A DNA stretch of 64,000 nucleotides from Octopus sinensis (Eukaryota). Shown piece by piece: positions 39,125 to 53,540 of the stretch. Positions within the stretch are counted from its first letter, which is position 1. Each line of letters begins with the position of its first letter. Below the pieces are notes generated by a model. That model was not told where the DNA came from. It saw only the letters and a program-made list of their open reading frames with translations, and made no database searches. The position numbers were made by a program, and so were the translations under genes. Location of the stretch: contig NC_043004.1 in NCBI RefSeq assembly GCF_006345805.1, positions 48,174,001 to 48,238,000 of the forward strand. Reading direction: 5' to 3'.

Positions 39125-39545
39125 ACTGAATGAGAAAGCAGTGCTTGCCATCAAAGTGAGCCTGGGGTAAAATATACGAAGCCCAGTATATTCATGATGG
39201 TTACCTATCTGATAAGGGTGCACCAGGCACATGCATCACAACTATATGTGCGTGACATAGAGATCTCATATCAAGATTAACAGTGCATGACCTTGCAGGT
39301 GGGGCCCAGTTAGAATTTTCTTCAGGTCGACTAGCCCATCCCACTCAAAAGGGCCCTGAATAAGGGTTGTTTAAAAGTGTTGTACGAAACACTCATGTTT
39401 CCAGAGGTAAATTATCCAAACCCCAAAGAATTACTCTCAGCACATGACTGTAATGCTCCCCACTACTTCTGCTCCCACTAAGGGACATGCTCAACTGGTT
39501 AAGGTCAAACAACTGACAAGTAAATCTAGGGTATTGAGCAGAATA
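39125..39545 (+). mobile_element. Interspersed repeat, family D (also 42570-42950, 43273-43610)
   Basis: Three dispersed copies of gcagtgcatgccatcaaagtgacactgggg...aaaccccaaagaat. Confidence 0.7.
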
Positions 39546-39748
39546 TTTTACATATATATTGTGATGAGTTAGTGGTCCGACTGACTTGGTCACCATGTAC
39601 ATGGAAATAGTGTAAAGAATAACGGAGGTGGCATAACCTTTCATTATTACATTTTTTAGTCGAGACCAGTCTTATGTTTCTGACACTATAGACATCTGTG
39701 AAGAAATTACTTCCACTTGGGGGAAAAAAAAACATCACAAAAAGACAC

Positions 39749-39812
<64 letters not shown>

Positions 39813-40252
39813 TAGCACACACAGAGACACAAATACACATACATAGGCACAAACACACACACAGTCATATACACGCATGTACTCAGACACAGATGTACGT
39901 AGATTCAGTTCTAGCACTTTTACACTAAGACAAAACAATGTACATGACAATACTTCCAATCAGTTAAGATAAGAAGCCATGAAAGCCACTGCCTGGTACT
40001 GTATCAGGGCAATTATGATTATTATTATTATTATTATTATTCAGTAGTTTTATTTTTATAGCGTGCTTTCACTTCACTACCGAGCGCAGCTCTGTGTGCC
40101 TTGGGTATGTGCTGTGATTTGTTGTGATGCTCTGATGGTTATTGTATGGAAAGTGTTCTGCGTAGGATGTGTGCAGTGCCTAGTAGTGCAATTTTCTGTA
40201 TGTTATATGTGTGTGTAAGTCCTGGTGTTTTTGTTATGTATTTGTCTGAATA

Positions 40253-40341
<89 letters not shown>

Positions 40342-40545
40342 TAGTTTTATTTTTATAGCATGCTTTCACTTCACTACCGAGCGCGGCTCTGTGTGCCTTG
40401 GGTATGTGCTGTGATTTGTTGTTATGCTCTGATGGTTACTGTATTGAAAGTGTTCTGCGTAGGATGTGTGCAGTGTCTAGTAGTGCAATTTTCTGTATGT
40501 TATATGTGTTTGTAAGTCCTGGTGTTTTTGTTATGTATTTGTTTG

Positions 40546-40599
<54 letters not shown>

Positions 40600-40940
40600 A
40601 TTATTATCACCATTTATCATTAGTATATCTTTTGCTGTGGAAGTAAGTGACGCCAGCAAAAACAATGTTTTTTCATTAGTATTTCAGAGTTTCTTAATAA
40701 TGTTAATTTAGAAATAAAAATAGCAAGTCATGAATTAGACTGAACTTTGTTCATTCTCTATTGATATAAAATTACACGAGTGGAAGCTATAACCCGAATA
40801 TACAGGTTATTGTTATGAATGCCCTGTGTCATTTATCTTATATGCTAGAACTGAATCTGCGTATATCTCTGTCTGCGTACATGCGTGTATATGACTGTGT
40901 GTGTGTTTGTGCCTATGTATGTGTATGTGTGTCTATGTGC

Positions 40941-41057
<117 letters not shown>

Positions 41058-41519
41058 TTTTTGTGAGGTTTCCTTTCCCCCCAAGTGGAAGCAATTTCTT
41101 CACAGATGTCTATAGTGTCGGAAACATAAGACTGGTCTCGACTAAAAAAATGTAATAATGAAAGGTTATGCTACCTTCGTTATTCTTTACACTATTCCCA
41201 TGTACATGGTGACCAACTCAGTCGGACCACTAACTCATCACAATAACTTTGGCCATGGGGAGTAGGCTGATCCTACAAGAAACTGAGAAACCTAACACCT
41301 GGGCAAGAGGTAGTCTTAAGTTTGCAAGTCAAGAGCCATGCTACTAAAGGAGAGAAATCTCTCTATATATAAAGCTGAAGTTATCTGTGTGCGCCAGGTT
41401 TGGTAGCCTTCAACTAACACTATCCCCTCCGAGACCCTGCGGCGCAAGTTGACCAAAATTGAGAATATAATAGAAGAAGGCTTGCTCTTCCTTCTGTAGA
41501 AAAAAAAATTCAAATCGGA

Positions 41520-41749
41520 CCATGTTAACACCAAAAGTTATTTATATCAAAAAGGTGCTTTTTTTTCTATGAAAATCCCTATTTTTTAATGATTTTTGAC
41601 TTCTGCGTTGCCATTTTTCAGTGTATTTCAACCAAAAAAATGTTCACTAAAAGAGAATAACAAGCTACACAATGCAAAATTTTACTTTTCAAAAATTCCA
41701 ATTCTAAAGGGTCGAAACAAACCCGAGCAATGCCGAGCGATACTGCTAG
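41520..41749 (+). mobile_element. Probable non-autonomous Helitron 3' end
   Basis: cccgagcaatgccgag hairpin remnant followed by cgatactg-CTAG|T (41746-41750); 5' boundary not identified. Confidence 0.5.
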
Positions 41750-43217
41750 TAGTCGATAAATTCTAGTACTCAGTATGCAGATTTGTCATTGATATCATTA
41801 CAGATCAATCAATAAAGACTAGCTTGGTGGTGATGATAATTCTCTATTACCATTCAAAGAAAGACCTAGAAGCGTGGCTGCTCAAGCTCAACAGGTCAGG
41901 CTTATTTGGATTCCTCGATATTCTATCTCGCCTTACATCCTATGGCCTCAATGCTAGATAGGAGGAGGAAGAAGAGGAGATACAATGACGCAAGTCAGAA
42001 TATGATGAACCTTAACTGGCCTGGTCAATGGTGTCTGTTATTGAAGGAGCCGAAACGCCGATGACTTTAGGCCACTTAACCGATGATACGTTCCACCAAG
42101 AGTTGTTTCTATTTTCGTGATGCTCTTTAACCCGAAATGGAAGTTGTTATTTCATTACGTAATCAACTAAATGTCATACGACATTTAGTGTACTTATGTG
42201 TCCCAGATTTTCTATCAGTATTATACTAGTTTTAAGTTGGCTGACTAAGCCTTACTCAACAATGCTTTAACTTTATCCATCTCTAAGAAAGCATTATTAT
42301 TAGGGTGAAATTAGGATTGTGGGTCGCAAAATCGCTAAAGTCCTAAATAAGATAGATCTTGCGATATTTACGTTCGTTTATGTTGATTTCTTACCCAACC
42401 GAAATTATCCTTGCATATTATATTTCCGTTCGATGATAATATATGCACCAATGGGTTTAATTATATTTTTATGTCTACTCCATCGAATTTGTAACTTCAT
42501 AAACTTCTGTATATGTAAGTATCCATTTTCTTTTTCAGTATAACTCATCAAAATATCTTTATTATTATTGAGTGAGAGAGCAGCGCATGCCATATCAAAG
42601 TGACACCGGAGTGCAAATATACGAAGCCTAATATACCCACCATGGCTATCCGTCTGATACGGTATACCAGGCACATGCATCACAACCGTATGTGCGTGAT
42701 ACGGTGATTTTATATCAAGATAAACAGCGCATAACAATGCAGGTTGGGCTCAGCTGGAATATTCCTCAGGTCCCTAAATACGGTTTGTTTATTCAAAAGG
42801 TCCCTAAATACGTTTTTTTTTATTCAAATCCCAAAGAATTCCTCCCAACACATGGCTATGATGCTCCCCACTACTTCTGTCTGTGATCAGAGACGCACAT
42901 ATCGTCAGCCATTAGGGACATGCTCAACTGGTTAAGGTCAGTCAACTGAGCGTGCCCTTGTAAAAAAAAATGGAATTAATGGAGAAGGGCTCTTGCCTTA
43001 TTGTGTGTTTTTCCACGAGGATCTTAAAGCGCCTCCCCCTATTGATAGTTTTAATTTGTTCAACTTTAATTGTTATTTATATTGTTTACACGCGGAAGAT
43101 CGTCCTGTTTTTGTCTTTTATGTTATTGCATGTCTTTTAATGTTATTTTATGTGAGCCCTTGTGGCTAATAAAAGAATAAATTATTATTATTATTATCAT
43201 CATCATCATCATCATCA

Positions 43218-43270
<53 letters not shown>

Positions 43271-43731
43271 GGGTGAAAGAGCAGTGCATGCCATCAAAGT
43301 GACACTGGGGTAAAATATACGAAGCCCAGTATACCCATCATGATTACTCTTATGATAGGGGTGCACTAGGCACATGCATCTCAACCATGAGCGCGACATA
43401 GTGATCTCATATCAAAATAAACAGGGCATGACCTTGAAGGTGGGGTCCAATTAGCATTTTCTTCGGGGCGAGTAGCCCATCCCGCTCAAAATGTCCCTGA
43501 ATAAGGGTTGTTTAAGGATGATAAACAAAGCACCCATGTTTCCAAAGATGAATTATGCAAACCCCAAAGAATTGCTCTCAACACATGGCTATGATGTTCC
43601 CCTAACACACACATGGCTATGATGCTACCATACACACACATGGCTATGCTGCTCCCCTCACACACACATGGCTATGATGCTACCACACACATACTATGAT
43701 GCAGCCCCGCTTATTATTATTATTATTATTA

Positions 43732-43765
<34 letters not shown>

Positions 43766-43774
43766 CACAACAGT

Positions 43775-44400
43775 TCAGACTGTTGGAAAAATTCCTAAAA
43801 ACAAGTAATCTTAAATGCCAAAAATCCTCCTAAGTATCTTAGCTGTCCCTAATAATACTGTTTCCTGGAGTTGTATTAAATTGGGTTTTATGCCTATTTC
43901 CTCTATCCATTTGTTTAAATCTTCAGGGATAGTTCCTAATGAAACCTATAACTACTGGGATATATATTATCCGTACTTTCCCTAGTCTCTATAATTCAAT
44001 GGCTAGGTCCTGGTACTTAGTTATTTTTCTCCATACTTCTCATATTGATTTTCTCATCATTTGGGACTGCAAAGTCAATTATCTGCCACCTTTTATTGTC
44101 TTTATCTACTATTACTAAATCAGGCCTTCTAGCTTCTATTATTCTGTCAGTCTGAATGTTAAAGTTCCTCAACATCTTATATTTCTTACTTCCTATTACT
44201 TTACTAAGTTCATATTCATACGATTTATCAGTGTGTTCAAATCCTAACTCTCTACATAATTCCCAGTGGATTACTCTCCCTAGGTTGAAATGTCGTTTCT
44301 TGTATTCTTTCTGTGCTAGCATGCTACATTCACTTATTATATGAGTAACACTTTCGACTTTTGGTTTGCATAACATACATAGGGAATCTACTTGGTTTTT
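43775..44400 (-). mobile_element. R4-like LINE 3' fragment (zinc knuckle + restriction-like endonuclease)
   Basis: CKPKVESVTHIISECSMLAQKEYKKRH...RRPDLVIVDKD...IIDFAVPND. Confidence 0.85.
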
Positions 44401-46689
44401 ATGTTATTTCAACTCCTAAAAGCAAATCTTTTTCTTATGACATGTAATACCGATGCCGATGCATTGATTCCCTCGAATTATACTGGACTTTTTAATACGG
44501 AAGAACACAATCGCTAATGTAATCATATATATAAAATGTATATAAAACAAAATCGGGTTAGTCTTTGATTATATATCAGCTCTGTTAGAGCTAACATGCG
44601 GTTTAATCAACCCCAGCGGGTAGCATTCAGTGCGTGTATCCAAAGATACAAAAGGTAAGTAATACAGCGCAAGCATGACCGAGTGAATAGGAATATCACT
44701 TTGCAAGTATGGGCATCTGGGTTCTATCCCACGGATTGCACCTTGGACAAGAGGTGGTTTTTTTTTTGGTTTTTTTTAACTTTAGCCTCGGGTCGACCCA
44801 AGTTTTACGAGTGAGTTTGTGTAGACGAAAAAGTGTGGAAGCCCGTTGCATGTCAACAACAATTGGTACTCCGTCCGTTACGACGATCAGGGTTCCAATT
44901 GATCAGATCAACAGAATATCCTGCTCGTGAAGTTAACGTACAAGTGGCTGAGCACTCCACAGGCACGTGTACCCTTTACTTAGTTTTCAGTGAGATTCGG
45001 AGTGACACAGAATGTAACAAGGCTAGCCGTTTGAAATACAGTTACTATTCATATTTGCCAGCCGGGTGAACTGGAGCAACATGAAATAAAGTGTCTTACT
45101 CAAGAACACAACGTTCCGCTGGAAATCGAACTCACAACTTTACGATTGTCAGTCGAATATCCTGACCTCTAATCCACGCATTATGTCACGCTGATTTTGC
45201 TCGAAGACAAAGCTACCTGTAGAAGTGGAATTCTCAGCCATTTACAATATAAATTCGATCATTCTCTGAACAACGAGAAAATTAATCTTTAAAACCGGTA
45301 TTGAAGATCGAAGTCTTTTTTAACAAGATAAACCAACCATCTGCTTCATAAAAATAAAATCAGTGTTCCTTTTCCCCTCATTTTTCTAAACGTCATTTTT
45401 ACATATAATTTGATTTAATTTAATTTAATTTTTTTCGGTTCAAAAAGCAAAAGCAAGGCCATGTAGGGGGACATGGAGTTATGTACAGGGATGGTGTTCA
45501 TGCAAAGAGTTCAGGCCATTTCTGGTCAAGAGAGACTTTGAACCGAGCGGTCGTCGGCATCTTCAGTAAAAAACCTGTAATGATGAATAGACAAGATTTT
45601 ATAACATTTTATGGTTGCAGCCATATAATAAAGATATGCATAATCACAGGTCACTAGTTCTCAATTTAATCTTTGCTGAATCTTATCTCTTTAACAGAGA
45701 TTTCCTCATGTTTTTGTCAATTGTAATCATTTGCATTCATTGTTTTTATCTGTTTTAGAAATAGTAAGCCTCATGTGACAGAGTTGATAATGCTTATCTA
45801 AAAAAAAAAAAGAGAAATAAAGATACGTACAGATATCAAAAGTACCTGCCCTGACAACGAAATATTATAAAATGCCTATCTTGGTGCAAAATACAGTAAG
45901 AAGTGAAATAATTACATAATCTATATCTTTTCAATTGGGCCAAAAATCTAATATCACAGGTCAACAAACTGAAACATTTTCTTCTCGTCATTCCAATACA
46001 TTCTCTTGTGAGAATTATGATTTGTTGTTGTATATCAGCTGAAAGTGAGCATATTGGCTGCGGATAAGGATCAAGAAACTCGAGAAGTATGCATGTATGT
46101 GCATGTGAGTGTGTGTGTGTGTATGCATGTGAGTGTATGCGTGTATGCCTTATGCATGTGTATATGTTTGTAAGAGTGTGTACACTCTCACACGCCAACA
46201 TATAATTATATATATATATATAAGAAGTGTGTATATATATAAAAGAAGTGTGTATAATTATGAATACATCGGAGAGGGTTGCAAAAACCCTTACATGTCT
46301 AGAAATAGTAGTCGAAACCACTAAAAGCCATTATAGCCACTCGTATTTTATCTCTTCACAATAAAGCTGACGGCGGGCAACATGACATAAAATTCAAAAC
46401 TTAAATAAAAGGCTAATTCTCTATTGCAATTTCAAAGTTAGGAACAAATACGGTTCCACTCTTCTCTTCAGAACATTCCTGTACATACAAATTAACACAA
46501 AAAACATACCTTGGGACCTGACATGTGTCCCGGCAGGCAAGAATAAATATATATATTTATTCTTGCCGGTTGGACAAAATAATGGAAACACCTAGCATCA
46601 TAGCATCATAATTTTGAAATATCTATAAAACCGCCAAAAGCTTGTTTATTTTTATACTTTTGGATTTATTATTAGTGTTGCTTAATATG

Positions 46690-47140
46690 TTTTGCTAAAA
46701 TTACTGTTTCTTTTCAGATATCATCAGAGAAAAAGTAATTAAAAGTCATTAAAATTACATCTATCGGACTTTCAAAGAGGTAAAATTGTTGGTGCTCATA
46801 TGGCAGGCGCTAGCGTAAAGAAAACAGCCGAAATGTTTGGTGTATCAAGAAGTACTGTCTCGAAAGTAATAACAGCCTTTGAGAAAGAGGGAAAAACCTC
46901 CTCGTCGAAACAAAACTTCGGAGGAAAACTAAAACTTTCACATAGGGACCGTCAGACTCTTCGCGAATTGTTAGAAAGGACCACAAAAGTACAGCTCCCA
47001 AAAAGTACTGCAGAGCTTAATGACCACCTTGAGAACCCAGTTTCCACAAAAACTGTTCGCCGGGAGCTGCAAAGAGCCGGATTTCACGGGAGGGCTGCAA
47101 TCAGAAAACCACTACTTTCAAAAACAAACGTTGTTGTCTG
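46690..47140 (+). mobile_element. Tc1-like transposase N-terminal fragment
   Basis: GASVKKTAEMFGVSRSTVSKV...VSTKTVRRELQRAGFHGRAAIRKPLLS. Confidence 0.85.
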
Positions 47141-47429
47141 AGGAAGTACAGTATAAAGACTCCTGAGTTCTTTTTGCAAGTCCGCTTTCTGAGACTTGTA
47201 CAGCTTTTCTACTTTCACTTTGTTCTTACGTTTGGGTCAAGAATCTTTTCATGAATGGACCGCTTTGTTGCTAAAAGCTCATTTATCACTGTATCATTGG
47301 AATCAAATTAGTTTCGGTGTTGTCTCCTCTTAAAACATAACACCTCTGATCCCATTTTAAATATTCCATCACGGAAAGATTGCCATGAACCTTCAAAAGG
47401 AACATTGCTGCATCTATTCTGAAACAATT

Positions 47430-48600
47430 TCAAAGCTTGTGGTTATTTTAGCTGCTCTACATCAATTTTCTTTGGTACTCGCACACCTGCAATACGAATC
47501 TTCTTACGGACCCTGAACTTAGCCCTAACCATTTTGCGATCAGTATCACAATCAGCACCTCGCAATACTCTGAGACTGTACAAATCTTGTAAGTCAGATT
47601 TCCGAGTTAATATAAAGTCAATCATGTAACCTTGTTTTGATCTTGGGTGAATTCGGGTAACTTTATGTTTCATCTTGTGATGAAAGACAGTATTCCCAAC
47701 AATCTGTTCTAGCGCAGAGCACATTTGTAGCAGATGCAACTCATTGTAAGTTCACCTTTCCTATTTCATAATGCTCAAGTACATTCCAAGTACCTCTACC
47801 AACACGTACATTAAAGTTTCCAAGTACAACCAACTTCTCATTCAAAGGGACTGCCAGACACGTCTTCCAAGCTCCTCATAAAATGCGTGGATATTTTCCT
47901 CACTAGCTGAAAGTGTAGGAGCATAAATAGAGAAAACAGTTCCAAAAGGCCCACAAGAAAGAGGGATCTGGCGTTTCATTACGCGTGTATTTATGCTTTG
48001 TGGTTGCTCTAGCTCTTTTAGTAAATCACTTCTAATTGCAAACCCAACACCACCTTCCCTTTTCTCTACCTTTGGCTTCCCAACCTAGAATAGTGTGAAA
48101 CTTGCTGCTCTTTTGACAAGATAATCTTCATCTGAACATCTTGTTTCAGAAAGAGCTGCAATATCAACATTAAGGCACCTTGGCTCCTTAGTTACTAGAG
48201 CTGATCTTCTTTCAGGCACACCTTCTCGATTTAGTATACATACATGGTGGCTAACCCCTCGTTATCGAGTATGGCCATTGCACGAAGCTTAATCAATGTT
48301 GTTATTGTGCAATGCCTATGCAAGAAGATTTTTTTAAAGTGAGGAAAGGCTGTGCACAGAGTCAATCCCACTCACTAAACAACAGCAGCCATAATCCGAA
48401 ACGAAGAACAAGTCAACATCATCGGTAACCACTGAGCCGCAGGTTTTATGTCGGAGTTATCCCAGTTACCTGAGTTACCTTCTCCTAGAAGGATGCCCTA
48501 ACAAAGGCTAGGAGTCCTTCACTCCCAATGGCTTAACCGCGCGATCGGGTATTCAGTCCGATTATTTCTATGTCCCCGCGCATGATACAGCGTTAAGACA
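47430..48600 (-). mobile_element. RTE-like LINE 5' part (AP endonuclease), degenerate
   Basis: HPRSKQGYMIDFILTRKSDLQD...RGADCDTDRKMVRAK. Confidence 0.8.
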
Positions 48601-48737
48601 TACCAATAAACACCCTCCTCACCAAGCAAGCTTGGTGGGGTTGCCGGATTAGTCGCGGACAACCCGACCATGCAACAGGTTGTACTGGGTTAATATTACG
48701 AGTAGCACTCGAAAGTGACCTGACATATATATATATT

Positions 48738-48806
<69 letters not shown>

Positions 48807-48971
48807 TACATACATACATACATACATACATACATACATACATACATACATACATACATACATGCCTACATAGATATATATGTCTACTATACACCATTTA
48901 ACTCTTGTGTACGCTTGTAGATGCGTGTATGCGTGCGTGTGTGTGTGTGTGCGTATGTGTGTGTGTATATG

Positions 48972-49025
<54 letters not shown>

Positions 49026-49624
49026 ACGTCCTATAATTGTCTGTCTCTCTACTTTTGTAGGGTCTTTCCTGTTGCTGTCACATATTGTGAAATTTTAAAA
49101 TTACGTCAAAACTTTCAAATTTGGTAAATTGAAATAAATTTTACCCGTTAAATCCGATTTTGTCATTCATTTGTTCCAGGAAAAATGCAGAGAAATGTTA
49201 CTGAAGTTTAAAATTTAATCAATTTTACCTAATCAGAAAGCAGGATTTAGAAGCTGGCATTTTCAGCATGATAGCTGCCTATCACAAGATGAAAGCAAAA
49301 TCATTACGAGGAGGAATGTTTATTAAACAGACGACAGCAAAGCATTACGACGACCAAAGTTGTAAGAACTGAAGTTTTAACAAGTCTTAATGAATATAGT
49401 CATCTGAAATGGTCGAACAGACATGTAGATAATTTTAAAAGGGAAAAATCCTCATCGAAGTGTTTTTTTGTTTTTTTCGGAAAATTACACAAATCTGTCC
49501 TGATCAAGAGGCCTTTCTGTCGAGGAAGTCGTGGTCTGACATGGAATAAACAAAAATTTGTACAAAATATTCTATTGTAAAAATTGCCCGGCAACGACGG
49601 GCTGCTATTCAGCTAGTATATATA

Positions 49625-49742
49625 TCACCGTCACCGTGACCGACCAGGCTATCAGATGTTGCTACACATCGCAGGTCACAAGGCACTTCGCATTGTTTTA
49701 GCCTTCAAATGACGCCACCTCGCTGGCTAAGCGAGCAGGCCG
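49625..49742 (-). mobile_element. Short interspersed repeat, family E (inverted copy 50628-50738; partial 37323-37388)
   Basis: ggcctgctcgcttag(c/a)cagcg...gcaacatctgatagcctggtcggtcacggtga in multiple copies. Confidence 0.7.
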
Positions 49743-50466
49743 AGTATATATATGTATATATATATATATATACTTTATTTTAAGCAGCAGAAAATTCAAC
49801 AAAATCTGTTACTCTGAGTTTCTCGTTGCCGTTCATCAGACAGTTTTATATATGTATGTATATATATGTGTGTGTGAGAGAGAGAGAATCTATACTCTAT
49901 ACACATTAATGTGTGCATATGAATGTTTATGTATTCATATATGTATGTATGTTCATATATAGACTTTCAGGGAGGACGGAGGTATAGAAAACAAACAAAT
50001 GCGCCAACAACTTATAAAGATTAAAACTGTCAGACAGAGAGAGACGAACAAAGGAAAATATTTTAATTCTTTACATTGATAAAAAAAAAAAAAAGAATTT
50101 CTTTGGCCTATTTAAAAATAAATAAATAAATAAATAAACAAAAAAGACTTAGTCACTTCTGTTATGTCGTTTTACCAGTCACATGTTGCTGGTATCAGTA
50201 AGTGTATAAAGAAAATCTGTGTTAAGTAAATTCCCAATACATGTGTTCACAAGTAAATATTGCAGTGAACAGGCACAAAAAGCAAATACGACGACCAATG
50301 GAAATGAGCGTATCGGCTGCGATGTCGAAACTCAAGAAGTATACGTGTGTGTGTGTGTGTGTGTGTGTGTCTGTGTGTGTGTGTGCATATATGCAAATGA
50401 ATGCGTATGACTTTGTAAAAGAATATACACTCTCACACACTAACATATATACATATATATATAAAC

Positions 50467-50549
<83 letters not shown>

Positions 50550-50735
50550 GTGTGTGTGTGTGTGTGTGTGTGCCATATATTTACTCTATGTATATATATA
50601 TATAATATATTATATATATATATATATTGGCCTGCTCGCTTAGACAGCGGGGTGTAGTCATTTGAAGGCTAAGACAATGTGAAGCGCATTGTGACCAGCG
50701 ATGTGTAGCAACATCTGATAGCCTGGTCGGTCACG

Positions 50736-50803
<68 letters not shown>

Positions 50804-51099
50804 CATGTCTAGATATGCAACTATATGCATGAGAACACACACATAAAACATACAAATCTGCACATGCAAGCATACATACATACATACAAAAACACCCTGT
50901 TGTTGATGATGAAATACCAATGAAGGAGCCTTGGATCTGGGTTAGAAACCGGTTCTTTCACTATTGGCAAGAAATCTTGAAATAAACTGAATAATGGCAT
51001 ACATATATACAAACTGAATCATTCTGGTGTAAAATCTGGAATGAAAAGGAAATATATTTCAATCTTAATGTATAGTGAGTAAATACAGGCTGGAGAGAA

Positions 51100-53540
51100 C
51101 ATTGTACCAACATCGAAAGTAAAACAAACGAGATTGACTATAGCTGTAGGCAAATTGCATAAAAGGAAGGCACCGGGAATAGGTAACTGATAGCTGGATA
51201 TTGGTAGTAGAGGCTAATATTTTACAGAAAATTATTAATATGCATATTCAAAAGGACTATGGAAGGTCGTATTGACATAACGAATTATTTTCCTATACCT
51301 AAGACGAATCCTGCGGTCAAGAATGAAACTACAGAGTTGGTAGAAAATTATAGGTCTGATGCTTGCCTATACATTATGCGCAAACTCTACACAAGCTGTC
51401 TCAAGTAATTCTTGTAGGACCATTGTGCCTGATATCAGGCGGGTGGAACACGGGAGTGTGGATGTAGGCCAAAGAACTTTTAATAAACAAAGCTGTATTG
51501 TCTGGAGTCAGAAGACACTGTAGAAGCCTTGAAACCTTCTGACAATAAGGCTTGATTACAGGTAAGCATTTGGTTCTCTTCTCCAATCATGGCTACTGAA
51601 GAGTCTGCTTTTGGCAAAAGTATCTGCTATCTTAGCTACTTTCAATGACAGGCTCACAAACACCTGTACAACAATTCTCACACTTACAACTGAGAGCGGA
51701 GCGATCGTCTCCAATCTTATAAATATGCCAAAGGAAATATTCTAAGGAGATAGTCTCTCTGTAATTCTGTTCATTTTGGCATTGAATTTATTATGATTCC
51801 CGCTGCAAACATCAAATGGCTACATGCTTCGGTCCACAACTGCTAGTGATATTAACATAACTTGTAATTTATATATGGAAGAACTGAAAATCAATGCTAA
51901 AAATCTTAACAATATAAAAAAATAACTGAACTTGATAACATTTTCAGCTGACATGGGAATGGAATTTAGCGCCAAAAGAAATATATGTATTTCATAGTTG
52001 TACGTGGAAAATGCGACTCGCATATCCAAAACCTGTGCAACAATGGTCTCTCTATCTCTTTTGTTCTACACAAAGAATGCTACAAATACCTAGCCATTGA
52101 TAAAAATATATTATTCGAGCGTTCTGTAAATAAAGATAAAATGATCCGAGAGTATTAAACCAAACTTAGACAACTATGGTAATCGGAACGTTCCTCTTAC
52201 AACAAAACAATATCCCACAATGCATTTTCAGTTCCAAAACCGAAAACTATATTTGGGATACATTTGATTTGTCTTTAGGAGAAATCCAGTCCATAGACAC
52301 TAAACTTCCCAAGATTATTATTGTTATTTGGGACAAACATGAAAAAGTATGTATCGTCATAGAGGTCAGCTGTCTTGTTGATGTGAATATCTCTTTGAAA
52401 TTCAAGGTGAAAGAGGGTAACTACAGACAACTATTTTGAAACCTTCAGGTTCTAACCCAGTTTATAAATTCACATTTATACACTTGCTTTTGTGAGTAAA
52501 TTCTTAAGCTCCTGACATCAACTGGAAACTTCCACAGAAACAGTGATACTAACAGCTCTACCTAAGAAAACATCGCTTGAGATCAATGTAGACAGTTTTC
52601 TTATATCATATAGTTTCGTTCTGATAGCACATGCTAAACATTAGCAGAGAAAAAAAAGAAATACATAAACTTGATGCTGAAAAATGAAGCGAGCAATATC
52701 TTGTGTGTCGGCAGTGAGCTTTTCAGGAAGCACTCTCTTCCTAATGACCTCCTGTACAACCCCAAAACAGCCGGACTAACATACCTTAAAGAATATCTGG
52801 ATGAGAAACGTTCAGCATACCGAAGAAAGACTTTGCATGAGTGTGTCTACCGAAGACTTGAGAAAGACAGTGTTGTCGACATGAAGTGTAGCCTCACTTG
52901 GACCGTTAAATCATATCTTCGAAGGAGATGCATTTACAATTCAAGAACAAAAGATTACTTCGAAATACCTGGTCATCAAAAGAAACAGCGAAACCCTTGG
53001 AGCCCCAATATACAAACGAAATTGCAGATTATGTTATATTCATTTGGAAGACCTCACACATTTGATTAGCAGCTGCCCAAAAATATCCTCAAGGGATTAA
53101 CTCCATATGCAACAAGACATGCTGTTAAAGCAATATAAAATGCCATTCGGAAAAAATGGACTGTCCTGGAATAAACAGAGAGAACCGCGTTGTTATAGAA
53201 TACGTACAAACATTAACACAAGTATACTAGTGGGACATTCCGATCAAAATTTCTGTCGGGGTTAAACGTAACAAGCCTTTTGTCGTTGTCTGGAACAAAC
53301 ATGAAAATGTATATACCGTCATAGAAGTCGGCTGCCCTGCTGATATGAATATCTCTGAAAATCAAAGTGAACTATTTTGAAACTTTTAGATGCAAACCCA
53401 GATTATAAATTCACATTTATACCACTAAGTAAATTTTCAAGCGGCAATCTAGATAAACAAGGGTTTTCAGAATAAGAAATCAACCAGCTAATTTGCACAT
53501 TACAAATACAATCTGAAAGTGGAGCAGTAAAAATATGCAC
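51100..53540 (+). mobile_element. Highly degenerate RLE-type (R2/R4/NeSL-like) LINE
   Basis: Remnants KRKAPG, GDSLS.ILF, IVIEVSCLVDVNI and VIEVGCPADMN (endonuclease), with many stops. Confidence 0.55.
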
